A stretch of 64,000 nt of DNA, taken from positions 192,001-256,000 of IMG/VR virus record IMGVR_UViG_3300020045_008999. One strand, 5' to 3'. Shown one piece after another: positions 29,203 through 40,080 of this stretch. The number at the start of each line of letters is the position of its first letter. The first letter of the stretch is position 1. Made by a program: the position numbers and the translations under genes. The notes under the pieces were generated by a model. It saw nothing but the letters and a program-made list of their open reading frames with translations. It had not been told where the DNA came from and ran no database searches. The DNA comes from a virus. Its lineage: Duplodnaviria; Heunggongvirae; Uroviricota; Caudoviricetes.

Positions 29203-29279
29203 AATTTTATTTAATTTAAACTCATTTTATACAAATGTAGTAATTTTATCAATATGTTAATATGATCGAACAATTAATA

Positions 29280-29708
29280 TTATAATTTAGTTGTTTCATC
29301 TCCATTTTTTTTATCAATTACTTTTCTACCCCAAGCATACTTTACCCAGGTTTTTGTATCATGGAAATATTCCCACCAATAAGGTATCCATTTACCAAAA
29401 AACACAATGGTCCATGTATTTGGCTCAGCTTTAAGTATTCTATGGCAATAATTTTCAGGAAGATAGCGAGGTTTGAACAGTTGATTTACATTTTTGGTTA
29501 ATATAGTACCATCTTCAATCACTTCTTCCACGTAGCTTCCGCTTAATAAAAATGCATATGCATTAAACGCATGTGTATGGAATCGGTTTTGTAATATGGT
29601 TTGCCAGTTGTAAACCCATATTCCACCAAAATGCTTACTTTCAAAGATGGTATATTGGATTATACCTCCCTCACCTAATTCTACTCTTTTCTTTTTGAAA
29701 AATATCAT
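29280..29708 (-). CDS. cupin-fold protein
   Basis: RFHTHAF...LSGSYVEE...CHRI. Confidence 0.65.
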   Translation of the reverse strand: MIFFKKKRVELGEGGIIQYTIFESKHFGGIWVYNWQTILQNRFHTHAFNAYAFLLSGSYVEEVIEDGTILTKNVNQLFKPRYLPENYCHRILKAEPNTWTIVFFGKWIPYWWEYFHDTKTWVKYAWGRKVIDKKNGDETTKL

Positions 29709-29710
29709 AT

Positions 29711-30475
29711 TTATTGTTTTTTATTTATATCTATTATTCGATTAACCGCCATGTTAAAATAACGTTCTTCCATTTCAATACCGATCGAGTGGCGATTTAA
29801 TTTTACGGCAGCGAGATTTGTAGTTCCTGAACCCATTGTATTATCTAGTATTAAATCACCATCATTTGTATATGTTTTTACTAACATTTCTAATAATGCC
29901 AATGGTTTTTGGGTTGGGTGGGCTTCTTCACCTTTTTTGGTTTTTTGTTTATCCGTTGCGAAAATTTGCACGCTTCGTGGATAACGTTCCGTGCTATCAT
30001 ATGACGTTAAACCATGATCACCATATACTTCGGTTTTCTTACTATTACGTTTGTGGTTAGCAGAACTCACTTTACGTTCGTGTCCTATCGTTTTTTGTGG
30101 GTTATATGTTGGAATTTTATCGTAAAAAACCAATATATTCTCATGAGCTTTCATTGGCATTTTCTTAGCATTAAGATGACCGGTTGCCGATGTTTTTTCC
30201 CAAATCCATTCGTATCGCAACCACTCTAAATTAGAACACCCCAATACCTTGTCAAATGGAGTTTGTGCAAATAGAATAATAACACCATTTGGTTTCAATA
30301 CTCGTTTATATTCAGCCCATAACTTATCTAAATCTAGCACAGTATCCCAACGATTCCTAGTTGTACCATATGGTAAATCACATATAATCGCATCAACGCT
30401 ATTATCAACAATTAATGGAAATATATCAAAACAATCGGCATTATATAAAGTAGTGTTCCCTATTATTTTCTTCAT
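29711..30475 (-). CDS. beta-class DNA amino-methyltransferase (m6A/m4C)
   Basis: DLPYG catalytic motif precedes HPTQKP...LDNTMGSGTT SAM-binding motif. Confidence 0.9.
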   Translation of the reverse strand: MKKIIGNTTLYNADCFDIFPLIVDNSVDAIICDLPYGTTRNRWDTVLDLDKLWAEYKRVLKPNGVIILFAQTPFDKVLGCSNLEWLRYEWIWEKTSATGHLNAKKMPMKAHENILVFYDKIPTYNPQKTIGHERKVSSANHKRNSKKTEVYGDHGLTSYDSTERYPRSVQIFATDKQKTKKGEEAHPTQKPLALLEMLVKTYTNDGDLILDNTMGSGTTNLAAVKLNRHSIGIEMEERYFNMAVNRIIDINKKQ

Positions 30476-30479
30476 ATGT

Positions 30480-30770
30480 CTAATGTGTAATTCTCTTTAA
30501 TGTCTGTTTTGTAAATTCTTTACAAAGTCCCCATTTGGTCCCTCTTCCTGTATAATTATGTTGCTCAATATCCAGGATTTCAACGTACCCAGACCAATTA
30601 CATTTTTCCATTTTAGACCAAGTCGAAAATAATTTAATATAAGGTGTGTCCTGTCCGAATTTGTATAAATACCACTTTCCACCATATAACTTGCGATACC
30701 ACCGACTGTATAAAAAATCAGAATTCCAGTAAATATTTTCTTGTTTTTGTAAGTATTTACTATCTTCCAT
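30480..30770 (-). CDS. hypothetical protein
   Basis: ORF in operon. Confidence 0.5.
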   Translation of the reverse strand: MEDSKYLQKQENIYWNSDFLYSRWYRKLYGGKWYLYKFGQDTPYIKLFSTWSKMEKCNWSGYVEILDIEQHNYTGRGTKWGLCKEFTKQTLKRITH

Positions 30771-31224
30771 AATGATTTTCTCGCTTATTAGTAATGTGAT
30801 TAAATGTATCCAGCGATCGTAGTAAATAATTTGCTAATATATGATCAGGTGTATTACTAGCATTTTCTTTACAATATTTGTTCAGTAATAAAGTTAATTC
30901 TTTTTCAAAACTGATATCAGATGATTCCAATTCAAAATTAGTCGCAGTAGATTCTATTTGATCGCAAGGCAACACATTAGGATTAGTATCAAGTAAGTCA
31001 AATGCCTTATTTATAATTATATTCATATCGTCTTCGATCATCGAAATCAGTCTATAATTATCCCAGATAAATGTGTTGCCGTCATATTCAACATAGTCAA
31101 TTCGAAATCCACCAGCCATTAGCGCACTATATGTAAGTTTGTAATATACATTATTATACCTGACTAAATCTGGTAATTCTACTTCACACCTATTATTAAA
31201 TTCAATTTCAATATTCATGTCCAT
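30760..31224 (-). CDS. hypothetical protein
   Basis: C-terminal ENASNTPDHILANYL motif familiar from phages. Confidence 0.6.
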   Translation of the reverse strand: MDMNIEIEFNNRCEVELPDLVRYNNVYYKLTYSALMAGGFRIDYVEYDGNTFIWDNYRLISMIEDDMNIIINKAFDLLDTNPNVLPCDQIESTATNFELESSDISFEKELTLLLNKYCKENASNTPDHILANYLLRSLDTFNHITNKRENHYGR

Positions 31225-31463
31225 TATATAGTTATTAATTTTTTAATATTTTTCATTTTTTCTCTACTTATTGTTTTTCCATGTTCGGTTATTTTAAATG
31301 GTGATTTATATATAACAATTTTAAAAAAATAGGACCCAAACTCATCATCATTTACGATGACACTTACCACAATCTGATTCCCATTATCATCACACTCGAT
31401 CTCTCCACCAACACCATATAAAAACTCAACAACTTTTTGAATATTTTCTGTACTAAAATCCAT
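31224..31463 (-). CDS. hypothetical protein
   Basis: ORF in operon. Confidence 0.5.
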   Translation of the reverse strand: MDFSTENIQKVVEFLYGVGGEIECDDNGNQIVVSVIVNDDEFGSYFFKIVIYKSPFKITEHGKTISREKMKNIKKLITI

Positions 31464-31496
31464 ATTTACCTATTATTTAATTTGTGTATTAAATTG

Positions 31497-31529
31497 AAAA
31501 AACCCTACTATGTTATAGTAGGGTTTTTT
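31497..31529. terminator. intrinsic terminator (bidirectional shape)
   Basis: aaaaaaccctactat-gtt-atagtagggtttttt. Confidence 0.85.
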
Positions 31530-31544
31530 AAAAAAGTTTGTTTT

Positions 31545-31943
31545 TTAATATTTCATTTGATACATTTCAGTGAAATCCAATATCACTTTATTACGATCTG
31601 GAATTATATTAAAGTCCGTAAAGCCATTTTTACCTAACATCGATTGTAATATATCGTTTAGTTTATCCCAGGTTGAATGAGTTATGCTATCATTTTCACG
31701 CGCAACAAATTCAACAATTACCTCATTGGCCCACTCATTGGAAGATTTGTTGAATACCGATGAGTATTTAATATCTCGAATACTACTACCCACAAATGAA
31801 AAAAGTTCTCTAATTCGAAAAGTGTTTACCAATACTTTAGATCCATCATCATCCAAAAATGAAATCATGTCAAATTTATCATCCGAAATATAATGTTCGG
31901 ATATAAAATCACCGATCTTTACTTTTATATTTTTACCATTCAT
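31545..31943 (-). CDS. hypothetical protein
   Basis: 132-aa ORF preceded by TTATATATA and followed by the terminator. Confidence 0.55.
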   Translation of the reverse strand: MNGKNIKVKIGDFISEHYISDDKFDMISFLDDDGSKVLVNTFRIRELFSFVGSSIRDIKYSSVFNKSSNEWANEVIVEFVARENDSITHSTWDKLNDILQSMLGKNGFTDFNIIPDRNKVILDFTEMYQMKY

Positions 31944-32045
31944 TTAATATATTTCATTTTTCATTATATATAAAATATATGTTATGATAATGATATAATT
32001 AATTTAAAAGATATATATTTGTATTGTATAATTTAAAATCCAATT

Positions 32046-32177
32046 ATGGAAAATCCAATAAAATGTAATGCAGTGTTATGTTCTTACTGCAGTAGAGAAA
32101 AACCAATAGTACACCACAACGGAAATGTTTTGATTTGTGCAGAATGTCAAGAGCTATTAATCGATAGAGGGATGTAA
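32046..32177 (+). CDS. small zinc-finger protein (43 aa)
   Basis: CSYC...CAEC; after TAnnTTTG at 32014-32021. Confidence 0.55.
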   Translation: MENPIKCNAVLCSYCSREKPIVHHNGNVLICAECQELLIDRGM

Positions 32178-32178
32178 T

Positions 32179-32556
32179 ATGATAGAATTATTTTATAGCT
32201 TCGGTATATTTGCTTTAGTTTACGAATTATGCACACTATGGGGCATCATTAAGTCACTCTGGTTAAGAGAACAATCTAGCATTAAAGCATTCATTAAACC
32301 AAGAATGCTTTGGATAAAAATGTCATTTGGTATAATATATTGGGTTTGGATATATATTGGGTTATTCACATCTCAATGGTTATTATTTATTGCCATATTG
32401 ATATTATCACTTATTAATAAGAAGCATCCGGTAATCAGGATTATAGATGCAATACTATCGATGATGGTCATAGTGATAATTTTATTAAATAAATATTATT
32501 TACACCTCGAACTTTTTGATTATATTTTAGTATATGTTGATAAAATATTATTATAA
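32179..32556 (+). CDS. membrane protein
   Basis: 3-4 TM segments. Confidence 0.6.
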   Translation: MIELFYSFGIFALVYELCTLWGIIKSLWLREQSSIKAFIKPRMLWIKMSFGIIYWVWIYIGLFTSQWLLFIAILILSLINKKHPVIRIIDAILSMMVIVIILLNKYYLHLELFDYILVYVDKILL

Positions 32557-32836
32557 AATGAAGCAACTTATTAGATTATTAGCCAGTATCATAATACTAG
32601 CACTTATTACATCATGTGCCGATAGTAAAGAATTTAAAATTGATGGTGAAGACGTTATAGTAGAACCATACGGTTGGGCAAATTCAGCGATAAAGAACGA
32701 TAGTATTGTTTATACAATAAATGTTGGAAATTTGGTATGGGATATTCTTTTATCGGAAACTATTATCGTACCGGTGGTATTAACTGCTGATCAATTTTAT
32801 GAACCAAGTCATAAAAAACCAAAGACTAATGAGTAA
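32534..32836 (+). CDS. putative lipoprotein
   Basis: MKQLIRLL...ITSC lipobox; VEPYGWAN. Confidence 0.6.
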   Translation: MLIKYYYKMKQLIRLLASIIILALITSCADSKEFKIDGEDVIVEPYGWANSAIKNDSIVYTINVGNLVWDILLSETIIVPVVLTADQFYEPSHKKPKTNE

Positions 32837-33251
32837 TACACCGGTTGTGTCTAATTGTGAGATAATACCATATAAGAAAAGAGATTTAGACCCTCATACT
32901 ATAATAGAAGTGTATAAAAATTTACACAAAAATTGTTATTCGATTCGACAGTTAGGTAAAGTCATCGGACACACCACATCATTGTGCATGACCAGCTGCT
33001 ATTTTGTTGTTAATATAAATGGGAAACAGCGAGCAATTGCTACCAATCAAAAAAATGTACATGCATTCATAAAAGGATATTTTTTAGAAATAAGCAACTA
33101 TAATACAACGAACCAAACTTTATATAAAATAACATACGATCCTTATACTAATTCAACTTTTATGCTTGTTGATGGAGATAAAGAAGTCCCTATTCATAAG
33201 GCAACCTATTGCTTTTTTACCAAATCTGGTGCATATACTCACATCACATAA
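32799..33251 (+). CDS. conserved phage protein
   Basis: VYKNLHKNCYSIR...KNVHAFIKG...ITYDPY motif. Confidence 0.6.
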   Translation: MNQVIKNQRLMSNTPVVSNCEIIPYKKRDLDPHTIIEVYKNLHKNCYSIRQLGKVIGHTTSLCMTSCYFVVNINGKQRAIATNQKNVHAFIKGYFLEISNYNTTNQTLYKITYDPYTNSTFMLVDGDKEVPIHKATYCFFTKSGAYTHIT

Positions 33252-33306
33252 TTTTATTTAAAACTTTATTTAAATATTTCGATATAATTAACAACACTAA
33301 ATTAAA

Positions 33307-33873
33307 ATGAATAATTTCGGGAAAAAGAAACTCTCTACATCATTAGAACGCGAATGTATTGATGGATTTATATCTAGGTATAAGTATACGTTCAATACGA
33401 ATGTATTGATTGAAAATATTGAAAGAGAAGCATATTATAAAATTGATAACAATGCATCTAACGATATTTTAATCGAAGAACTTGTGAATCAATTTAGGAT
33501 AACATTAAAAAATGTTATAAAAATTGAAGCTAACGAAAAAATAACCACAGACGAAATAAGTAATATGAAGAAAATAAATATAGCAAACTCTGAAAATGTG
33601 AAAAATAATACGACCAAGTCAACGGATACTAGTATTCGACCAGAGCTAGTTTCAGCATTACATGAACTGATTTCAAATGCACCAGATGCGATTGAAATAG
33701 ACAAATGCAATAATACAAAGTCGACTGAATGCACGGCAGTGTTAGATAAAATTGATCAAATGCTCCAGCAGTATTATACACATTTAAAAATGCACCCAGA
33801 TGATAGTAATAAATTTACACGTGGCTCAATTGATGCGGTAGTAACATTGAGATCATTCATTGAGAAGATGTAA
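33307..33873 (+). CDS. hypothetical protein
   Basis: 188-aa ORF. Confidence 0.55.
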   Translation: MNNFGKKKLSTSLERECIDGFISRYKYTFNTNVLIENIEREAYYKIDNNASNDILIEELVNQFRITLKNVIKIEANEKITTDEISNMKKINIANSENVKNNTTKSTDTSIRPELVSALHELISNAPDAIEIDKCNNTKSTECTAVLDKIDQMLQQYYTHLKMHPDDSNKFTRGSIDAVVTLRSFIEKM

Positions 33874-33875
33874 AA

Positions 33876-34526
33876 TTATTTGATGAGTACACCCATATTA
33901 TTGTATTTTAGTATTTCATTAATACTCACAACATCAGTAGTAATTATCTCACCATTAATATTAGAACCAATCCATGCATACGTTGCACCGTTAATAGTTA
34001 CTATTTTATAATAAGCAATCGGAATTCTAATTTTACTACCTGGAAGAAATTGTGGATCATTATAATTGTAAACTACACCGGTGATAATAATTGCTTTTAC
34101 TTTATTACTTTTTATCAAATCTTCTACCTGCTTTTCTAAACGGGCCCACTTTCCGCGATTAAAAGCTGCTAGTTGTGGTGATTGATTGAATAGACTAAAG
34201 GACATGTGGTTCAAAGTGTTGTCATAAGATGTAATGTGCGAAGGGGTTAAATGACCTAGATCATACCCACTTCTATTGAACTTAGATTTGGTATATTTGC
34301 CCTTATAAGTATCTTGGAACCATTGATCATTGCGTTCGTTATCCAATTTTCGATATTTAGAATAAGTAATTGTATGTTTGGAAACTGATGTACAAGTATC
34401 GTTGGTTAGGTACAAAATAATATCACCGTGATCTATGATCAATTTGTTAGATGTGACTACGCGGGTTTGTGCTAACAAAACGACCGGTGAAAATAATAAT
34501 AAAAATAATAATAGTAAGTGTTTCAT
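33876..34526 (-). CDS. secreted DNA/RNA non-specific endonuclease
   Basis: Signal peptide; SGYDLGHLTP...NQSPQLAAFNRGKWARLE (NucA/Serratia family). Confidence 0.85.
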   Translation of the reverse strand: MKHLLLLFLLLFSPVVLLAQTRVVTSNKLIIDHGDIILYLTNDTCTSVSKHTITYSKYRKLDNERNDQWFQDTYKGKYTKSKFNRSGYDLGHLTPSHITSYDNTLNHMSFSLFNQSPQLAAFNRGKWARLEKQVEDLIKSNKVKAIIITGVVYNYNDPQFLPGSKIRIPIAYYKIVTINGATYAWIGSNINGEIITTDVVSINEILKYNNMGVLIK

Positions 34527-34862
34527 TTACTATATATAAAAAAAGAAAATAATATGAACACAAAAATAAATATCGATGATTATTCATCATACTCAAGTGT
34601 AGTCAGTACATTGCAAGGCGATAAAATATTAGGGAAAAATGCAATTGTCGAATTAGTAGATTTGTATTTTTCGAAAAAAACAGAACAATCACAACTTGAA
34701 GCTGCTTCAACTCGAGCATTGCTCGAAGCTGCCAGTTTAAAACATAGCATTGGTCATATTGCCTCTCACCTAAATATGACATATCCATTTACAATCGTCT
34801 TTGAGGATAGAGTTATACAATTTGACAAAGATGGCATTGTGGAAGTGAACAATGTATTTTAA
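34518..34862 (+). CDS. hypothetical protein (start likely MNTKI)
   Basis: ORF track. Confidence 0.5.
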   Translation: MFHLLYIKKENNMNTKINIDDYSSYSSVVSTLQGDKILGKNAIVELVDLYFSKKTEQSQLEAASTRALLEAASLKHSIGHIASHLNMTYPFTIVFEDRVIQFDKDGIVEVNNVF

Positions 34863-35028
34863 ATTACCACAATGGGAATGAAAATAACTGATTTGACCGG
34901 TGATGTATTACTAGATATAGAAGTATCTATTGAACTTATTGAATATTTTATAGATTGTAATGAAAAAAGTCACTCAGTGAATATAATTCATTTAAGTGAC
35001 CTTTAATATGTTATAATTTTACTTTTTT

Positions 35029-35313
35029 CTACAAGAGATTGAGCTCTTTCACCCGGCGGTATGTTTCCAAATAACACTCGCGGGATTCATGCTGAATGTC
35101 TCCAAATGTACCAGATAAATAGTTATTATCATTGTGACCATAAACAATTGCCGCAACCGGTGGTAATGAACCGTCTGGTAAATATATACCGAGATCATAA
35201 TTTTTCCCGGAACTATCAGTGAATGGACCTAAATAAATACAATATGACCACATCCACTCCCGAGCAGTTGGATAGAATAATTTAGCACCACACAATAAAT
35301 TTACACTTTTCAT
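35029..35313 (-). CDS. hypothetical protein
   Basis: ORF track. Confidence 0.55.
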   Translation of the reverse strand: MKSVNLLCGAKLFYPTAREWMWSYCIYLGPFTDSSGKNYDLGIYLPDGSLPPVAAIVYGHNDNNYLSGTFGDIQHESRECYLETYRRVKELNLL

Positions 35314-35346
35314 AGATCAATTTGTTTATATACATTAAAGGGCCTA

Positions 35347-35874
35347 TTATTGGCCTTTCACTACCTCGTAATTGAATTTAACAACAGGCTTGATTTTGGC
35401 GATTACACCGAGTATTTTCACTTCCTCCTTAGTTACCCCACATAGTCGTATTGCTTCGGTCTCGGCAATTTTATAAGAATTGTGACGTACTTTAGATCCC
35501 ACACTACCATCTACAGAAATCATATAGAAATCACAACGATGTATATCGAAATCCACAACTGGACTAAGATGTTTAGATGGAAGTAACGTTTCACGCACAA
35601 TGTCCTGAAAACCATTGCTATAATCCAAAATTGGAAATTTATCAGAATCCAACATTTCAAGACTAGAACGCTCGGTCTTTTTTAAATACAGTAAGTGTTG
35701 TTCAACATCTTTATCGGATGCCAAAATGAATTTAGCAAACTCTGTATTTGGTATAAGTTTAGTTCCACCAAATCGACTTAAAACAATAGTAGTAGCAGAA
35801 TGATTTACATATTGATAGTACTCATTCCCAGGTGCAATTACCCATATACCGTATTTAATTGTATTCAAATTCAT
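35347..35874 (-). CDS. hypothetical protein
   Basis: C-terminal H-x5-A-x2-EA-x-RL motif. Confidence 0.55.
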   Translation of the reverse strand: MNLNTIKYGIWVIAPGNEYYQYVNHSATTIVLSRFGGTKLIPNTEFAKFILASDKDVEQHLLYLKKTERSSLEMLDSDKFPILDYSNGFQDIVRETLLPSKHLSPVVDFDIHRCDFYMISVDGSVGSKVRHNSYKIAETEAIRLCGVTKEEVKILGVIAKIKPVVKFNYEVVKGQ

Positions 35875-35884
35875 ATATTCAAGT

Positions 35885-36259
35885 TTATATAGTTATTGAA
35901 ATTAGTTTAGATAAATTTTCAAGTTCACCTAATATAAGTTTTCCTAGTTCGTTTGGATCATCCAAGGTTTCAGTGGGATGGAATGACTTCAGTGAATATT
36001 TATCGCCGCTATATTTTGATCGGGGATCTAATTTATCCAAAGTTTTGTCATAGCTAACTGCTAGATTATAGTGTCGACCATCGTATGTTTTAACTTTCCA
36101 CTTCTCCAATAAAACAACGCGAAACCCCTTTTGTAAATAATCATTTATTTTTTTATAATAATAACTTTGATTATTTTTTGAGCGGTACACTGAGTTTTTA
36201 CAAATATCTTGAATTGATTTGAATTGAACCGTTTCTATATTTTTTTGGATGGTTTCCAT
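35885..36259 (-). CDS. hypothetical protein
   Basis: After minus-strand TAnnTTTG at 36282-36289. Confidence 0.55.
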   Translation of the reverse strand: METIQKNIETVQFKSIQDICKNSVYRSKNNQSYYYKKINDYLQKGFRVVLLEKWKVKTYDGRHYNLAVSYDKTLDKLDPRSKYSGDKYSLKSFHPTETLDDPNELGKLILGELENLSKLISITI

Positions 36260-36659
36260 TTACTAAAAGTTTTAGACAATACAAACGTATGAAAAAAAAA
36301 TGATTAAAACAAGAAATATTTTAATTTAATACACCCGATTAGTTATCGGCGGGTAAAATTTTGATAGTATTTAAATGCATCAAGAGCATTGGAAATAAAT
36401 GGATCATTTATTTCTCTAGTCGGTATTGGCAATAGACTAGATTTCAAATTAGGTTTAAAATGAACCGTGATGTTAGCAACACAATCCACCATTACTGAAT
36501 TTATATACTTAATTATAAATTCATGTTGTAGTGCTTTTAATTTTACCAAAAGTATTTTAAGCTGTTTCATATTTATTTTTTATCAAATATAATCATTAGA
36601 ATGTTAAAATTATATGATTTTAACATTTTTAACATTCAATTTGGTTAAGCTATTCTAAG

Positions 36660-36872
36660 TCAGAATTTAATATTTCCATTTTTATCAGCTCTTAACATCC
36701 CGCTCTTTAAGTACATTCGCTCGCCACATTTCGCACACAGTATTTCATTTGTATCGCCATGATGATTACATGGACCACACATCAAATAAAATCGTTTGTT
36801 ACTGACACGCGTCTTTTTATTACTACCACCGAAGTCGTAATCATTGCGTCCACCTTTTCCTTCGTATTCCAT
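36660..36872 (-). CDS. small zinc-ribbon protein
   Basis: CGPC...CAKCG. Confidence 0.55.
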   Translation of the reverse strand: MEYEGKGGRNDYDFGGSNKKTRVSNKRFYLMCGPCNHHGDTNEILCAKCGERMYLKSGMLRADKNGNIKF

Positions 36873-36922
36873 ATTACGGATTTTAGTTTTTTGAAAATCA
36901 ACACATTAGAACAATCTTGTAG

Positions 36923-37477
<555 letters not shown>

Positions 37478-37484
37478 CTATATA

Positions 37485-37991
37485 TTATTTTAATATTTTA
37501 CCAATGTTTTCTAGACGAAGTGAATCTTGGTCCAAATATCCATCCCAATTATGTAGGGAGAAGTGAGCATCATGTTGCTTAATAAGTTGTTCGATGAGTG
37601 ATTTTATCATATCGATGTTATTTGGATTTCCATCAAAAGTCATTGACTTACCATCAGAATAATAAGTAAAAGAGTTGTTGAAATAAACTGCGACTAATAT
37701 ACCCGGTCTATAAGCAATTAAATATTTGCTACCTTTATAAACTACCCATTTACCATATAATAAATAGGTATATATAACTCGTGGTGTGTCAAACAACGAA
37801 CCCAATTTAGTATTATGATAATAAATATTGCTAAATAAACCAAATATACCATATGTAATAATGCCAAAAAGCATCGCATAAAGGTATGACGTACCGTAAT
37901 AATTACATATTAATAAAAGTGCCAGTGCTATCATAAAATGAGCTAGAACACCAAATATTATAAATGTATATAATTTATTTTTCTGTGACAT
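37485..37991 (-). CDS. membrane protein with C-terminal tag
   Basis: Two N-terminal TMs; ends RLENIGKILK. Confidence 0.6.
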   Translation of the reverse strand: MSQKNKLYTFIIFGVLAHFMIALALLLICNYYGTSYLYAMLFGIITYGIFGLFSNIYYHNTKLGSLFDTPRVIYTYLLYGKWVVYKGSKYLIAYRPGILVAVYFNNSFTYYSDGKSMTFDGNPNNIDMIKSLIEQLIKQHDAHFSLHNWDGYLDQDSLRLENIGKILK

Positions 37992-37996
37992 AATTA

Positions 37997-38599
37997 TTAT
38001 CCCATTTTAGGTCGGAATGATGTTTTCAAATCAAATCCTTTGTTGATAATTTTATTTGAATTTGTAATTGGTGCAATATTTGATTGTTTCTCATCAATCA
38101 TACTAGAAATGTAATTGGAAATCATGTGATATACTTTTTCGGCATCTAAATAACTAAAAAGATTGAAATCAGTGAGACGAGGATATTTCGTATAATCACT
38201 AATTTGTCCATTCCATCTATAAAACCCAACTAAAATTGGTGCGCCTTCAATTTTATTAATATTAGATTTGTCTTCCACAATAAGCCCACTAACTCTATAA
38301 CAATCATTATCCACACGGACATTATAATACAAATCTGACCTAATATCAGCATGACTAAATGGTAGTGGACGCTTTGTTGGTATTTCACCAATTAGTGCCA
38401 GGTCATCGCCATAATAAAAATTTCCATTGATACACATCCCATCAATTTTAAATCCACCTATAATTAAACAGAAATGACGTGTGCTAGACGACAGGTCCGA
38501 AACACTACCAGTTGTACGATCAAGTACTATTAGTGGGTCAATGCCATAAATACCCATTAGGTAGTCGTAGCCATCTTTGTATTTTGATATGATTTTCAT
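37997..38599 (-). CDS. conserved phage protein
   Basis: MKIISKYKDGYDY...KGFDLKTSFR terminal motifs. Confidence 0.6.
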   Translation of the reverse strand: MKIISKYKDGYDYLMGIYGIDPLIVLDRTTGSVSDLSSSTRHFCLIIGGFKIDGMCINGNFYYGDDLALIGEIPTKRPLPFSHADIRSDLYYNVRVDNDCYRVSGLIVEDKSNINKIEGAPILVGFYRWNGQISDYTKYPRLTDFNLFSYLDAEKVYHMISNYISSMIDEKQSNIAPITNSNKIINKGFDLKTSFRPKMG

Positions 38600-38666
38600 A
38601 AAAATAATATTTGCTTACAAATATAGTATTTTTCAACACATAAAGAGTAAAAATATACAAAAATAT

Positions 38667-39002
38667 TTATATTTTCTTTTCAACATATGTAACCACTTCA
38701 CCCGTTGCAAATCCTTTTTCGATTAATAATGGTAGAGAGGTGTTTTTACACCAGGCATATACCAAATAATTTTTGTAATTATCACAGACATATTCCCATC
38801 GAGTATCCCACAACATGCGATAAATTCCTTGGCGGCGATAATCTATCGAAACCCAAGCATCCATTAATTTTAATCGGTTGTTTGGTTCGATATTCATGAA
38901 CACATGGCCAACAGTTTCATTAGTGGACAAATCTATGGCAAACCACATTTCTACATTTTGAGCGTTAGGTTTCAGATGGGATATTATTATTTGGGATTTC
39001 AT
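38667..39002 (-). CDS. GNAT acetyltransferase
   Basis: WVSIDYRRQGIY motif A. Confidence 0.75.
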   Translation of the reverse strand: MKSQIIISHLKPNAQNVEMWFAIDLSTNETVGHVFMNIEPNNRLKLMDAWVSIDYRRQGIYRMLWDTRWEYVCDNYKNYLVYAWCKNTSLPLLIEKGFATGEVVTYVEKKI

Positions 39003-39080
39003 AGCGTATATATTATTTTTATTAACATCAAAAATACATCAAAATAATTAATTATTTGTTACATTTGTAAAAAATATAAT

Positions 39081-39878
39081 ATGAATATTCACTTTACTGA
39101 CGTTAAATTATTTGAAAACTTAAAAAAGGCAACCTTAGCCAAAGTTATCATCGGAAGTAAGATGTATGGGACCAGTGTAGATGGTCACTCAGATACTGAT
39201 TATCTATACATTTATGCTACCTCGGAAACCGAATTATTATCATGTATTCAAAGTCACCACCAATTACAGTTCAGTGAAAATAAAGTCGATCATATTTTTG
39301 TATCATTACACAGTTTTATCAAAAATACATTAAGTGGTGATTCCACTATAAATTTCGAAGTAATACATTCGAATTCGTTAAATGGGACTGTCCTAGAATG
39401 GATTTCAGAGAAGCGAAATATGTTTTTAACGTATAGTGTGATCCGAAGTTATATTGGATTATGTAGGCGTGATATTAAGCATTTTGGTAAATATTCATCA
39501 GAGTATGAAAAACGAAAACGATTTGGACATATTATCCGCGGGGTAATTTACACAAGATCATTTTTAAATGGTTCTTTTGATTTTCTTAAATCAAACTTAG
39601 AATTGGTTAATACATTAAAAGAAATCGATTTCAATTCCGGAAAATTACTTCGCGAATATACATCAGAAGTATCAAAATTTCGCGAATTACTTACCTCATA
39701 TTACAATGACAACACATTATTGATTGCTAAGAATGTAAATGTCGAAGATGCAATAATATTCAATAAATTATTGATCAAAATGTGCGAGTCTGAAGTATTT
39801 AAATCGAAACAACTCATATTAACTAATTTCGATATGAGACCATTCATCAACAGTTATGAAAACTGGATTTCCTATTAG
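39081..39878 (+). CDS. Pol-beta superfamily nucleotidyltransferase (RlaP-like)
   Basis: GSKMYGT...SDTDY. Confidence 0.75.
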   Translation: MNIHFTDVKLFENLKKATLAKVIIGSKMYGTSVDGHSDTDYLYIYATSETELLSCIQSHHQLQFSENKVDHIFVSLHSFIKNTLSGDSTINFEVIHSNSLNGTVLEWISEKRNMFLTYSVIRSYIGLCRRDIKHFGKYSSEYEKRKRFGHIIRGVIYTRSFLNGSFDFLKSNLELVNTLKEIDFNSGKLLREYTSEVSKFRELLTSYYNDNTLLIAKNVNVEDAIIFNKLLIKMCESEVFKSKQLILTNFDMRPFINSYENWISY

Positions 39879-40080
39879 CTACATGAACCAATAAATATCA
39901 AGTATTCCGAGCTGCAATCGTCGATGATTTCCATCATAGTAAAGTGATTGATAAGAGAAATTAAAACAAAATGATATGTCAAGAATCACAATGTTTGTCA
40001 AATCAGTTACCCAGGTAGAATGTGGGGTGGGATTTGTTGAATCACATATTTCCAACCCATATTTATATAGTTTCATAATT

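Noticed and set aside
26548-30475. Toxin-antitoxin or restriction-modification system around Fic and the methyltransferase
   Set aside because: No recognisable antitoxin or restriction endonuclease adjacent; both look like orphan phage genes.
36640-36922. Further attC-like cassettes at 36660..36872 and 3422..3637
   Set aside because: The N-termini look vaguely similar to the cassette gene, but no complementary GTT/AAC core pair or convincing hairpin was found.
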